Below, one piece after another: positions 49,759 to 59,207 of a DNA stretch of 64,000 bases. The position numbers and the translations under genes are program-made. Source of the DNA: Candidatus Aminicenantes bacterium (lineage in GTDB: Bacteria > Acidobacteriota > Aminicenantia > Aminicenantales > Saccharicenantaceae); assembly GCA_963843505.1 (NCBI GenBank), contig CAWJKR010000013.1, positions 146,350 through 210,349 on the forward strand, read 5' to 3'. The stretch's first letter is position 1; every line of letters starts with the position of its first letter. The notes under the pieces were generated by a model. It ran no database searches and was not told where the DNA came from. It saw only the letters and a program-made list of their open reading frames with translations.

Positions 49759-50176
49759 GCTTGTCAAGGGCTTTCTTTAAATTCCAGCTGATTATCCAAA
49801 TGCCCTATCTTGACGTGATCTTCCATGCGATTATTTTCCTAAATTGGACACGATTTCCCTGCTTTTTTCCTAATTTTCAGGATTTTTCAGTGACCTGAAC
49901 TATAGCCAGCGGGAGTTCCTTGGGGAGGGCCTCCAGGGCCAAGCGCCGTCGGATCGAAAATGGGTGCTCTAGGTCCCCAAATAAGCCCGGAATCCGCGTA
50001 TAGGAAGGGTGCTTTTATCATCATTTTCGGGCGGCGGCGCCTGACCGACATTATCTGAGGGTGCCAGCCAGATCGGAGGCCGGGCCGGTCAGGAGGATAG
50101 GGCGGAAAACGGGATAAGGACCCCGCAGCCCTGTCGGTTTGACAGCCGCGGGAGGGTATGCCACCATGGACCCAAG

Positions 50177-51025
50177 ATGTGCGAATTCTGCCATCAGCAC
50201 GGCGAGGGGAAGAAGTGGTACCTCAACGCCAATAACTACGCCGAGGACCTGATGAGCGACCTGAGGCGGCGGCGCTTCATCACCAGGTTCTTCGAGAACC
50301 CCGGCCATCTGGCGAAGGGGGAGAGGAGCCTGACGGCGCTCGACGTGATGCCCGATTTCCTCTGGAAGGGCCTGCGCAGGAAGGTCACGGCCAAACAGCA
50401 GGTCAAGCACTTCGGGCAGGTCGTGCCCATCGAGGATATCGAGCGCATTCTGGCCTTGACGACCTCGGTCGTGCGCCTGTCCTGCATCTGCCGGCACGTA
50501 TCGGCCGGCAAAGAGCAGCGGTACTGCTTCGGCGTCAGCATGGGGCCGAACGGCGGCGGCATCGCCGAGCTCCTTCGGGAGATCGACGCGTCCTATCTCG
50601 TCGGGCCCCATACGGCCGGGCTCGAATCGATGCCGAAAGAGGAGGCCCTGGCCCGGATCCGCGAGACCGAGCGGGAGGGCAACTGCCACACCGTCTGGAC
50701 GTTCGTGACGCCGTTCCTGGCCGGGATCTGCAACTGCTCGCTCCCGTCCTGCTATGCCATGAAAACGACGGTGACGCACAAGACGCCGGTCTTCTTCCGG
50801 GGGGAGTATGTGGCCCGCGTCGACGCCGAGAGGTGCACCGGCTGCGGACAGTGCGTCAAGCTGTGTTCGTTCAAGGCCTTCAAGCCGCGCCAGAAGAAAG
50901 CCAAGTCCGAGATCGACCCGCTCAAGTGCTACGGCTGCGGCATCTGCCGGACCGCCTGCGTCAGCGACGCGATCAGCCTCACCGACCGCGCCGAGATCCC
51001 CGAAGCCGCCTCTCTCTGGCTTTGA
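50177..51025 (+). CDS. 4Fe-4S dicluster-domain protein with Cys/His-rich N-terminus
   Basis: Intact 282-aa ORF. MCEFCHQHGEGKKWY, then two ferredoxin motifs CTGCGQCVKLC and CYGCGICRTAC. Confidence 0.7.
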   Translation: MCEFCHQHGEGKKWYLNANNYAEDLMSDLRRRRFITRFFENPGHLAKGERSLTALDVMPDFLWKGLRRKVTAKQQVKHFGQVVPIEDIERILALTTSVVRLSCICRHVSAGKEQRYCFGVSMGPNGGGIAELLREIDASYLVGPHTAGLESMPKEEALARIRETEREGNCHTVWTFVTPFLAGICNCSLPSCYAMKTTVTHKTPVFFRGEYVARVDAERCTGCGQCVKLCSFKAFKPRQKKAKSEIDPLKCYGCGICRTACVSDAISLTDRAEIPEAASLWL

Positions 51026-51076
51026 GTCAGATTCCGTGTTCCTTCAATCCCCGCCGCTTTGCCCCACGGTGAGCGC

Positions 51077-52354
51077 ATGACCGTTTGGGGCCGGGCGCGC
51101 GGATTCCTGAGGAAGGCCGGACCCGGGTTCATCACGGGCGCGGCCGACGACGACCCTTCCGGCGTCGCCACCTACTCCATCGCCGGCGCCGCGTACGGCT
51201 ACGGGATGAACTGGATGGTCCTTTTCCTGCTCCCGGCGATGGTGGCCATCCAGGAGATGTGCGGGCGGATCGGCCTCGTGACAGGGGAAGGTCTGGCCGG
51301 GGTCATCAAGCGCCATTATTCCCGTCGGGTGCTCTGGTTCGCCGTGGGCCTCTTGGCCGTCGCCAACACCATCAACATCGGGGCCGATCTCGGGATCATG
51401 GCGGCGTCGCTCAAAATGCTTTTTGGTTTGCCCTATCACCTTTGGCTTCTCGTGGTGGCCGTGACGATCGTCGGGCTCGAGATCCGCGTGCCTTATAAGA
51501 AGTACTCCCGATGGCTGAAATGGCTCGGGCTCAGTCTGCTGGCCTATGTCGCGACGGCCTTCCTGGCGAAGCAAGACTGGAAGGGAGCGGCCCTGGCGAC
51601 CCTGATCCCTCATATCGAGCTGAATATGGGCTTTCTGATGACGCTCGTCGGGTTCGCGGGCACGACGATCTCTCCTTATCTCTTCTTTTGGCAGGCCTCC
51701 GAGGAGGTCGAGGAGGAGATCGCGCTCAAGAAGATCGCCGATTTCAACGACGAACCGGACGTGACCTGCCCGGAGATCCTGGCGCTCGGGACGGACACCA
51801 AGATGGGGATGGTCTTTTCGAACGTGATGACGTTCTTTATCCTTCTCACGACGGCGGCCACCCTGCACAGGAACGGCATCTTCAGCATCGACACGCCGCA
51901 GCAGGCCGCGTCGGCCCTCAGGCCGCTGGCCGGCAACATGGCCTATTGGCTGTTCTCTTTGGGCATCCTCGGCATCGGCCTGCAGGCGATCCCGGTCCTG
52001 GCCGGCTCCGTGGGATACGCCGTGGCGGACGCTTTGGGGATCGAGCAGGGCTTGGGGAAGCGATTCTCGAAAGCCAGGGGATTCTATTCCGTCCTGGCCC
52101 TGGCGACGATCCTCGGGTCCCTGATGAATCTCCTGGGGATCAACACGATCAAGGCGCTGTACTTCGCGGCCATCGTGAACGGAGTGGCGGCCGTGCCCCT
52201 CATCTTCATGATCATCCGGATGGCGCGGGACCGTCGCATCGTGAAAGGATTCCGGACGCCGGTGACCCAGACCGTCGTGGGCTGGCTGACCTTCGCGTTC
52301 ATGGCCGCGGCGGTCGTTCTCATGGTCGCCAGCCTGTTGAAACCCAGGCCCTGA
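51077..52354 (+). CDS. NRAMP-family divalent-metal transporter
   Basis: GPGFITGAADDDPSGVATYSIAGAAYGYGMNWMVLFLLPAMVAIQEMCGRIGLVTG with about 11 TM helices. The first ATG inside ORF 51059..52354 is at 51077. Confidence 0.85.
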   Translation: MTVWGRARGFLRKAGPGFITGAADDDPSGVATYSIAGAAYGYGMNWMVLFLLPAMVAIQEMCGRIGLVTGEGLAGVIKRHYSRRVLWFAVGLLAVANTINIGADLGIMAASLKMLFGLPYHLWLLVVAVTIVGLEIRVPYKKYSRWLKWLGLSLLAYVATAFLAKQDWKGAALATLIPHIELNMGFLMTLVGFAGTTISPYLFFWQASEEVEEEIALKKIADFNDEPDVTCPEILALGTDTKMGMVFSNVMTFFILLTTAATLHRNGIFSIDTPQQAASALRPLAGNMAYWLFSLGILGIGLQAIPVLAGSVGYAVADALGIEQGLGKRFSKARGFYSVLALATILGSLMNLLGINTIKALYFAAIVNGVAAVPLIFMIIRMARDRRIVKGFRTPVTQTVVGWLTFAFMAAAVVLMVASLLKPRP

Positions 52355-52381
52355 GCCGGGTCTCCCGCGGCGTCCGGGCCT

Positions 52382-53938
52382 TCACTCGGCGTAGATGAGC
52401 ACCAGGATGATCGAGTTCGGCACGAGGCCCGGACGGGTGCCTTGGGCGATGCCGATCCCCACGCGCCTGGCTTTGTCGACCGAGGGATTGGAGGCGGCCT
52501 GCTTGGCCCCCTCCTCGAGCGAGCCGACGACGCCCAGAGTGGCGATGACCGACTGGGCGTTCCGCACCGTCTGCGCGATGCGCTGTTTCAGCCGGGCCAT
52601 GACATCGTCCTGGGTCAGCGCATGGTCGTCCAGGAACTCGCGGGCCGTTTCGCCGGCGAGCGCGCTCAGCGCGTCATCCTCTTCGAGCGCCGCGGCGCCG
52701 GTCGAGCCGCGGAGCCCGTTGAGCTCCGCGAGCAGGATGACCTTCGCATCCGACCCAAGCGGCGGGATGCGCCGGATGAAGAGCTCGGTGACGAGATAGC
52801 TCGTGCGGTCGTTCTCCTTCTCGGACACGATGCCGATCCCGACGTGGGTCGCGCCATGGAGCAGGATCGCGGCGCGATGCCCGGGGCTGTTCATGAAGCC
52901 GTTGTGGATCTCGTCGGGCGAATAGCCCTTGCCGACGCACTCCGCGGCCAGGTCCGTCGCGATCCCCGCCCTGAGCAGGCGCTCTTCGGAGCCGCCCGTC
53001 GTCGGCGAGACATGGCCGACGAAATCGCCCGTCTGCATGTCCTCGCTGTGCTTCAGGGCGACGCGGGCGAGCGCGGGATCGAATGCCAGCCCGTCGAGGC
53101 CGGCCTTGGACCGGTCGGCGTTGATAAGCTCGAGCAGCCGCCACTCCGCTTCGTCCGCCGTCGCGGCGCGCTTGGGCGCGGCCGCGGTCTCGGCGGCCTC
53201 GTCGACCGGCACGCCGACATAAACGGGGAAATTGGCGATGACGTCCGGGCCCTTCGGTCCCTGGGCCAGGATCTCCAGCCGGTGCCGGCCCGTCTCCGCC
53301 AGACTGACTCTGACGGTGAATCCGGGACCTTGGCCGAGGGGTTCGATACGGGTCTCGCCGCTGGGCAGCGTATGAGCGAGCTCGGGCTGTGTGAACGCGC
53401 CCACGAGGCGGCCGCCGAGGGTGATGTCGCCCGGAGCGGACAGGCTGCGCGGCACGGGCGTCATCTCGACGTGCCTTCGGCTCAGGGCGATGATCACGAC
53501 GACCCCTCCCGCCTCTCTCTCGGCGACGCCGCCGATGTGGGTGTAATCCGCGAGGTCGAAGACGCTGGCCAGGCGCGCGGAGACGACATTGGCCAGCCGC
53601 GGGGCGTCCCGGGATCCGGTCAGGAGCAGGTGCGGCAGCGGTTCGGCCAGGCCGAGCCGCTGCGTCAGAAGATCGAACACGCCCTGCTGAGGAAGGGCGT
53701 TATCGGGGCCGAGATGGTCGTAGACCCAACGGGCCATCTGGGCCAGGCGCTTGTCCGGCTGCAGGGACGTCCCGAGGGCTTTGTTGATCCGGGCCAGCGA
53801 ACGGCCCAGGACGGCGGCCTCGCTGCCGAGGAATCCGGCGCCCTTGGGCGCCTCGGTCCGGTATTCGGGCGCGCTGGGGACCGCGCTGAGGTCGACGATC
53901 GTCTCCTGGCGGGCCGGGCGGCCGCGATGGCTCAGCAC
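52382..53938 (-). CDS. CAP/SCP-domain protein with large N-terminal region
   Basis: Intact 518-aa ORF. CAP block LELINADRSKAGLDGLAFDPALARVALKHSEDM...GHVSPTTG...GFMNSPGHRAAILLHGATHVGIG. Confidence 0.65.
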   Translation of the reverse strand: MLSHRGRPARQETIVDLSAVPSAPEYRTEAPKGAGFLGSEAAVLGRSLARINKALGTSLQPDKRLAQMARWVYDHLGPDNALPQQGVFDLLTQRLGLAEPLPHLLLTGSRDAPRLANVVSARLASVFDLADYTHIGGVAEREAGGVVVIIALSRRHVEMTPVPRSLSAPGDITLGGRLVGAFTQPELAHTLPSGETRIEPLGQGPGFTVRVSLAETGRHRLEILAQGPKGPDVIANFPVYVGVPVDEAAETAAAPKRAATADEAEWRLLELINADRSKAGLDGLAFDPALARVALKHSEDMQTGDFVGHVSPTTGGSEERLLRAGIATDLAAECVGKGYSPDEIHNGFMNSPGHRAAILLHGATHVGIGIVSEKENDRTSYLVTELFIRRIPPLGSDAKVILLAELNGLRGSTGAAALEEDDALSALAGETAREFLDDHALTQDDVMARLKQRIAQTVRNAQSVIATLGVVGSLEEGAKQAASNPSVDKARRVGIGIAQGTRPGLVPNSIILVLIYAE

Positions 53939-54035
53939 CCGGTCGCGCCGGCGGCCGCGAGGCCGTAGTCAAGCCGGCTATGACGGTCGCCGCGAGCGGC
54001 CCGGTCCGCGGACCGACGGCCGGCCGGCGCAGGGA

Positions 54036-55292
54036 TCATCGCCTGTTTTTCTTCTTGGCCGGCGGGACCCAGTTCTCGATGAACTTCTTGGGGCCGCCCT
54101 GGTGCTCCTCGACGAGCGCCTGGAAGATGGCCTTCAGGTGCTCGTAGGGGAGCGTCCCGATGATCATCCGGTTGTTGATGATCATGGTCGGCGTCGAGCG
54201 GATGCCGTGGGAGAACTTCTCCGAGGTCCTCTCGTACTCGGCCCCGGTGTCGATGATCTTCTTCACGAGCTCGCGCAGGGCCGGGTCGCCCGCCGCGCCC
54301 TCCGCGCCGTACTTCTTGGCCAGCGCGGCGCGCCAGGCCGGGTCCTTCCGCGACGGCGAAGTTGGCCCAGATCTCGTCGTGGATCTCGGCGAACCGGCCC
54401 GGGTTCCCGGCCGCGATATAGGTCAGCTCGCACGCTCCGGGGTGGAGGTTGGCCTTCTCCGGGACGACCGTGTTGCACGCGCCGTCGAGCGGGAAGAACT
54501 GGATGGCGACGTTGATCTGGCCCGCGAACTCCTTTTTGAGCTTCTCCAGCTGCTGGCTGAGATAGAGGCAATCGGGGCACATAAAATCGGTATATTCAAT
54601 GACTTGGATGGCCGCGTCCTCGAACTTCTCGGTCGATTTGACGGCCCAGTACGGCGTCAGGAACGACGGCGAGGCGACCTTGGGCAGCTCGTAGAATTGC
54701 TTGACGATGTTGACGGCCGTGCCCGTCTGCGCGGCCTTGCGGGCGTCGTGGTAGGCGATCATGCCGTACGCGCCGGCCGCGGCGGCCAGCGGCGAAGACG
54801 AGGATGAGCTTCGGCGACGGCCGGACCCAGCGGCGCACCAGGTCTTTCGTCTCGTGGTCGATGCCCGTGACCGCGAAGAGGATGAAGCTGAATGATCGAG
54901 AACAGATAGAAGCCCGAGCAGAGGAGGCACAGGCTGCCGAGGTGGAGGACGGAGTAGAGGAAGAGCGTGATGACCCCGAGGACGTTGAGGAGCGAGAGCG
55001 ACTTGTTCGTCCGCTCGAAGGCCTCCGACGGGAAGACCGCGCCCAGGACGACGAGGAGGCCCATGAACATGCCGAAGAAGCCGAGCGGGATGCCCATGAT
55101 CTGGGAGATCTTGGAGAAGGCCGAGCTGTCGCAGTTGAAGAAGGCGCTGATGTCGCAGAACGAGCCGGCGAAGATCGTCTTGGGGTAGTTGGCCTTGAAG
55201 AAGTGGTCCATGGTCATGACCGAGGCGGCGATCATGCCCGACCCGGCGATGAAGCTCAGGATGCGGGGCAGCTTGAGGCCGTCGAGCGTCAA
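54036..55292 (-). CDS. VKOR-thioredoxin/DsbA-like fusion (disulfide-bond formation), frameshifted
   Basis: ORF 54759..55292 carries the VKOR cysteines (FCDISAFFNCDS, LCLLCSGFY). The DsbA-like part has IEYTDFMCPDC. The C-terminus is in 54036..54266. About 3 frame changes. Confidence 0.75.
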
Positions 55293-55374
55293 CGTTCGGC
55301 GCGTGGGATTCGTCCATGCGCTCTCTCCTTTTGTCGAATCATGGGGACACGTACCTCCGGTCCATGTCCCCGGC

Positions 55375-56940
55375 TCAGGCCGGCGGGGGCGGGGGCACGA
55401 TCTTCTTCCGGCGGCGGTGCTTGTGCGGACGGGACCGCGGCGGCGTGCCGAAGCGGTTCCGGTAGATGACCGAGAACGGATCGTCGCAGGCGCCGAACGT
55501 GCCTTCGACGAGGAGCGAGGCGATCCGCGAGGCTTCGGGGTAGTGGGGGCGCTCCCTGAGGACCCAGCGCATCTTGCCGTCCTCGAGCGCCCGGAGCATG
55601 TGTTCGACGATGGCCAGGGTGTGAACGGTCTCGAGGAGGAGCGTCTTCGGCACCGTGGCCGTCGCGTGCGATCCCCGGAACGCGTCGTAGAGGACCTTGG
55701 GCTTGTCGCCCTGGATCGCGGCGAGCAGCGGCTCGGCCCAGGGCCAGAGCAGCAGGCCGTACATGACCTCGGGCGGGGGCGCGCCGCCCGAGCCGATGGA
55801 GGCGTCGAGGGCGCCGAGCAGGAAGGTCAGCCGCTCGAAGGCGTTGTCGGAGGCCTGGTAGATCTCCCCGACGTTCCCCAGGACGCGGGGCAGGATGCCG
55901 TGGGCGCGGGCGGCCTGGAAGAAGGCCCGGACGCTCCCCGACTTCATGTCCTTGTTGAGCTCCTCGAACAGGCGCGACCCGGAGCAGATGTCGAGGCGGT
56001 GGCTGTGGCGCGGGATGGCCCCGGCCGTCTTCTCCTCGATCGCGAAGCCGAGGCGCGAGGCATGGCGGAGGACGCGCCAGATGCGGACCGGGTCCTCGGT
56101 GTAGCTCGCGTCCGGGTCGCCGATGATGCGGATGCGGCCGGCTTCGAGGTCGTCGAGGCCGCCGACGTAGTCGATGACGGAGTAGGTGGCGATGTCGTAG
56201 AAGAGGGCGTTGACCGTCAGGTCGCGGCGGAAGGCGTCCTCGCGGGGCGTGCCGTAGGCGATGGGCTTGAGCGGGAGACGGCCCCGGCGCCGGCCCGCGG
56301 CCGGGACGGCGCACTCGGGCAGGGGCCCGGCCTCGGCGGCGTCCGGGGTCTCCGGGTTCTCGGGCTCGATCGGAACCGGCTCTGTCGGCGTCGTTTCCGT
56401 CGGGCCCGGCTCATCGGCGCCCGCCTCGAGGGGCTCTTCTTCAAGCGGCTCCGCCGCGTCTTCCGCCCGCTGGGCCTCCGCCGCGGCGGCCCGGTCCTCA
56501 TCCTCCCGGGCGGCTTCGGCGGCCCGGGCCGCCTCGTCCTCGCGCTCGGCGGCGAGCTCCTCCTCGTCGGGCTTGCGGCGGAAGGTCGACACCTCGATGA
56601 TCTTGCCGTCCTGGAACCGGACATGGGCCAGGCGGAAACGGCGGCCGATGAGGAAGGCGTTGCGGAAGAGCTTCTTGATCTGATTGGGGTGGGCGTTCGT
56701 GCTGACGTCGAAATCGGCGGGCTTGCGGCCGAGCATGAGGTCCCGCACCGCGCCTCCGACGAGGTAGGCGGTGAAGCCGTGCGCGTTCAGGCGGTAGAGG
56801 ACCTTGAGGCAGTCGGGATCGATGTCGCGGCGCGAGATGCGATGGCGGCCGCGGTCGAGGATCGTCGGCGCCTCGAGCTCGGACTGGGGCGCTCGGCCGG
56901 GGGCTTCTTCGGGGTCGGTCATGGACACCCAAAATAGCAA
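55375..56940 (-). CDS. pcnB: Poly(A) polymerase / tRNA nucleotidyltransferase family protein (PcnB-like) with acidic insertion
   Basis: AYLVGGAVRDLMLGRKPADFDVST, RRFRLAHV, EVSTFRR, YGTPREDAFRRDLTVNALFYD. A basic C-terminal tail is present. The likely start is the ATG at 56922. Confidence 0.8.
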   Translation of the reverse strand: MLFWVSMTDPEEAPGRAPQSELEAPTILDRGRHRISRRDIDPDCLKVLYRLNAHGFTAYLVGGAVRDLMLGRKPADFDVSTNAHPNQIKKLFRNAFLIGRRFRLAHVRFQDGKIIEVSTFRRKPDEEELAAEREDEAARAAEAAREDEDRAAAAEAQRAEDAAEPLEEEPLEAGADEPGPTETTPTEPVPIEPENPETPDAAEAGPLPECAVPAAGRRRGRLPLKPIAYGTPREDAFRRDLTVNALFYDIATYSVIDYVGGLDDLEAGRIRIIGDPDASYTEDPVRIWRVLRHASRLGFAIEEKTAGAIPRHSHRLDICSGSRLFEELNKDMKSGSVRAFFQAARAHGILPRVLGNVGEIYQASDNAFERLTFLLGALDASIGSGGAPPPEVMYGLLLWPWAEPLLAAIQGDKPKVLYDAFRGSHATATVPKTLLLETVHTLAIVEHMLRALEDGKMRWVLRERPHYPEASRIASLLVEGTFGACDDPFSVIYRNRFGTPPRSRPHKHRRRKKIVPPPPPA

Positions 56941-56981
56941 AAAACGGGCTCGGGCTCAATCGGGGCGAGCATGGAGCCCCA

Positions 56982-59204
56982 TTACCTGAGCCAGCCGGCG
57001 GCTTTGAGGAAGGCGATATAACGGGCGAGCTCCTTCATTTCGATCTCGGCGCCCGTCTCGGCTTCGGCCCAACGGCGGATCACGGCCAGCGTCCGCCGGC
57101 CGTCGATGAAGTTGAGGACCGACCGCCGCGCGGCCGCGGTGAGCTTCAGCTCCTTGGCGGCCTCGGGATGGTCCTTGATGTAATTCCTGTAGCGCTCGCT
57201 TCCTTCGAGCGAGAACTCCTTGCCCTTGATACCGGCGGCCAGGGCGGGCACGGCGGCGCCGGCCCTCTTCTCCTCGGCGCTCGGGGCCCGGACCGCCGGC
57301 GCCTTCGTTCCGAGCGCGGCGGCCCGGCTGGCGGCGAATTCCCGGACCTGCCGGTCGAGGGAGGCGCCCGTGATCTCCCACTGCTTGAGGTGGGCGGCCA
57401 CGGCGGCGCGGGCCTTGGCCGAGCCCGTGTAGACCTCGCGGACGCTTTCGACGGCGCCCTTCTCCCGGGCCACGGCGAAGGCGGCGAGGTCGAGGGCCCG
57501 GTTCATGGCCTTCCCCAGGTCCCCGGCCCCGGCGCCGGCGACGAGCTGCATGGCCCGGGGGATCTCTCGTTTCCCGATCCGGGCGTAGCCGAAGCTCGAG
57601 ACGGCCTCGAGCAGTCCCGGCAGGACCTCGTCGTCGCAGCTGGCCGCCGCCCACGCGGCCGCGGCCCCGATGAAAGCGATCCGCCTCATCTCGGTCGGAT
57701 CGGATTTGTCGGGCGTGTCGGCGTCGGCATGGTACCACTGGTCGGGCCAGGTGAAGAGCTCGATCCCCGGGACGGCCACCGAGGGATTGTTGAAGCAGAC
57801 GTGGTCGCTTCCTCCGGTCGCCTCGTGGACGAAATAGCGGAAGGCGTCGAGCGAGCCGCTCTTCTCCCAGAGCGGCCGGGGCAGGTACTGGCCGCCCGGC
57901 CGGCCGCGGGGCGAATCGTTGGTGTAGACGATGTCGTTCGTGCGCCAAACGTAATTCATGACGGCGTCGGCCAGCCCGTCGAGGTAGCTCGGCAGGTGGT
58001 TCGGGCACTCGCTCATGGTCAGAACGGCGTTGTTCTTGCGCAGGCCCTCGCCGACCATGTCCATGTTGATGTTGACGCTGAAGCGGTCCGCGAAGCCCTC
58101 GGTCCGCTTGATCTCCTCGTAAGTCCCCGAGATCTCCTGGGGCCAGAGGAAGGCGATCGTCCGGCGCGGCCGGGGCAGGGCGCCTTCGCGGATGAGCTCG
58201 GTCAGGGCCCGGAGGATCTCGAGCTGCACGACGCAGCCGCTCATGTTGTCGTTGGCGCCGCGCTTGACGTAGCCCTCGAAAAGATGGGCCGAGAAGATGA
58301 CGCCTTTCGCGCCGGGCTCCGTCCCGGGGATCGCGCAGAGGACGTTCTCGAAGCGGTCGGTGTGTTTCTCGACGCGGGCGGCGGCCCGGACGGTGACGCC
58401 CCGTCCGGCCTCGACGTCCTCGAGGAGCTCGGACCATTGCCGCCAGGACACGTTGAAGCCGAAGAGGAGGTTCTTGAGGCCGGTCGCGGCGCCCCGGCCG
58501 TAGACGACCTGGTTCGGGTCGAAGTAGCGCTCCCTCGAGCCGAACGAGATGACGCCGGCGACGCCGGCCGCGTCGAGGGCCTTGGCTTCGTCCTGCCGCG
58601 GCTGGCTCCACATCAGGGCGATCTTCCCGGCCATCTCCCTTTTTGGCCCTGCGCCGGCCCAGGCCTTCGCCTCGTCGGCGTCGAGCGGCGGGATATAGAC
58701 GAGTCCGGCCGTCAGGTCGAGCTCGGGCGGGGCCGAGGCGACGAGGGCCGGGTCCGCCTCGAGCCGGGCGACGAGCCGCTTTTCGGGCTCGATCGTCCAG
58801 AACTCGGCGGCGACCGGATAGTCGAAGGGGTTCTCGCGCGGGAAGCGGTCGATGCGGACGTCGGCGGCGCCGTAGCCCCGGGCCAGCGCGGCGATCGTCT
58901 CCGATTCATAGAAACCGTCCTTGAACTCCCGTTCCTCCCTGATCCAGGGCGCCCCGGCCAGCTTGACCTCGTTCGTGAAGATGATCTGGCCCGAGATCTC
59001 GTTGGCCAGGAGGTCGAGGACGTCCTGGCGAAGCGGGGTGCGCGGCATGATATTGGGACGGGTCTCGCGCGGCGGCGTCGGAGGCTGCTGGGGCTGCGGC
59101 GGCTGCTGGGAGAGGAGCGCGGGGGGCGATATCAGGAAGGCCGGAATCGCGATGGCCCCGGCGAAGAGAACGATCAAACTGAGGGCTTGGCTTCTTTTCA
59201 TCAT
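56982..59204 (-). CDS. Secreted M28-family metallopeptidase with PA domain and long C-terminal region
   Basis: Intact 740-aa ORF. Signal LSLIVLFAGAIAIPAFL. HLFEGYVKRGANDNMSGCVVQLEILRAL, NINMDMVGE, ATGGSDHVCF. Confidence 0.75.
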   Translation of the reverse strand: MMKRSQALSLIVLFAGAIAIPAFLISPPALLSQQPPQPQQPPTPPRETRPNIMPRTPLRQDVLDLLANEISGQIIFTNEVKLAGAPWIREEREFKDGFYESETIAALARGYGAADVRIDRFPRENPFDYPVAAEFWTIEPEKRLVARLEADPALVASAPPELDLTAGLVYIPPLDADEAKAWAGAGPKREMAGKIALMWSQPRQDEAKALDAAGVAGVISFGSRERYFDPNQVVYGRGAATGLKNLLFGFNVSWRQWSELLEDVEAGRGVTVRAAARVEKHTDRFENVLCAIPGTEPGAKGVIFSAHLFEGYVKRGANDNMSGCVVQLEILRALTELIREGALPRPRRTIAFLWPQEISGTYEEIKRTEGFADRFSVNINMDMVGEGLRKNNAVLTMSECPNHLPSYLDGLADAVMNYVWRTNDIVYTNDSPRGRPGGQYLPRPLWEKSGSLDAFRYFVHEATGGSDHVCFNNPSVAVPGIELFTWPDQWYHADADTPDKSDPTEMRRIAFIGAAAAWAAASCDDEVLPGLLEAVSSFGYARIGKREIPRAMQLVAGAGAGDLGKAMNRALDLAAFAVAREKGAVESVREVYTGSAKARAAVAAHLKQWEITGASLDRQVREFAASRAAALGTKAPAVRAPSAEEKRAGAAVPALAAGIKGKEFSLEGSERYRNYIKDHPEAAKELKLTAAARRSVLNFIDGRRTLAVIRRWAEAETGAEIEMKELARYIAFLKAAGWLR

Positions 59205-59207
59205 GAC

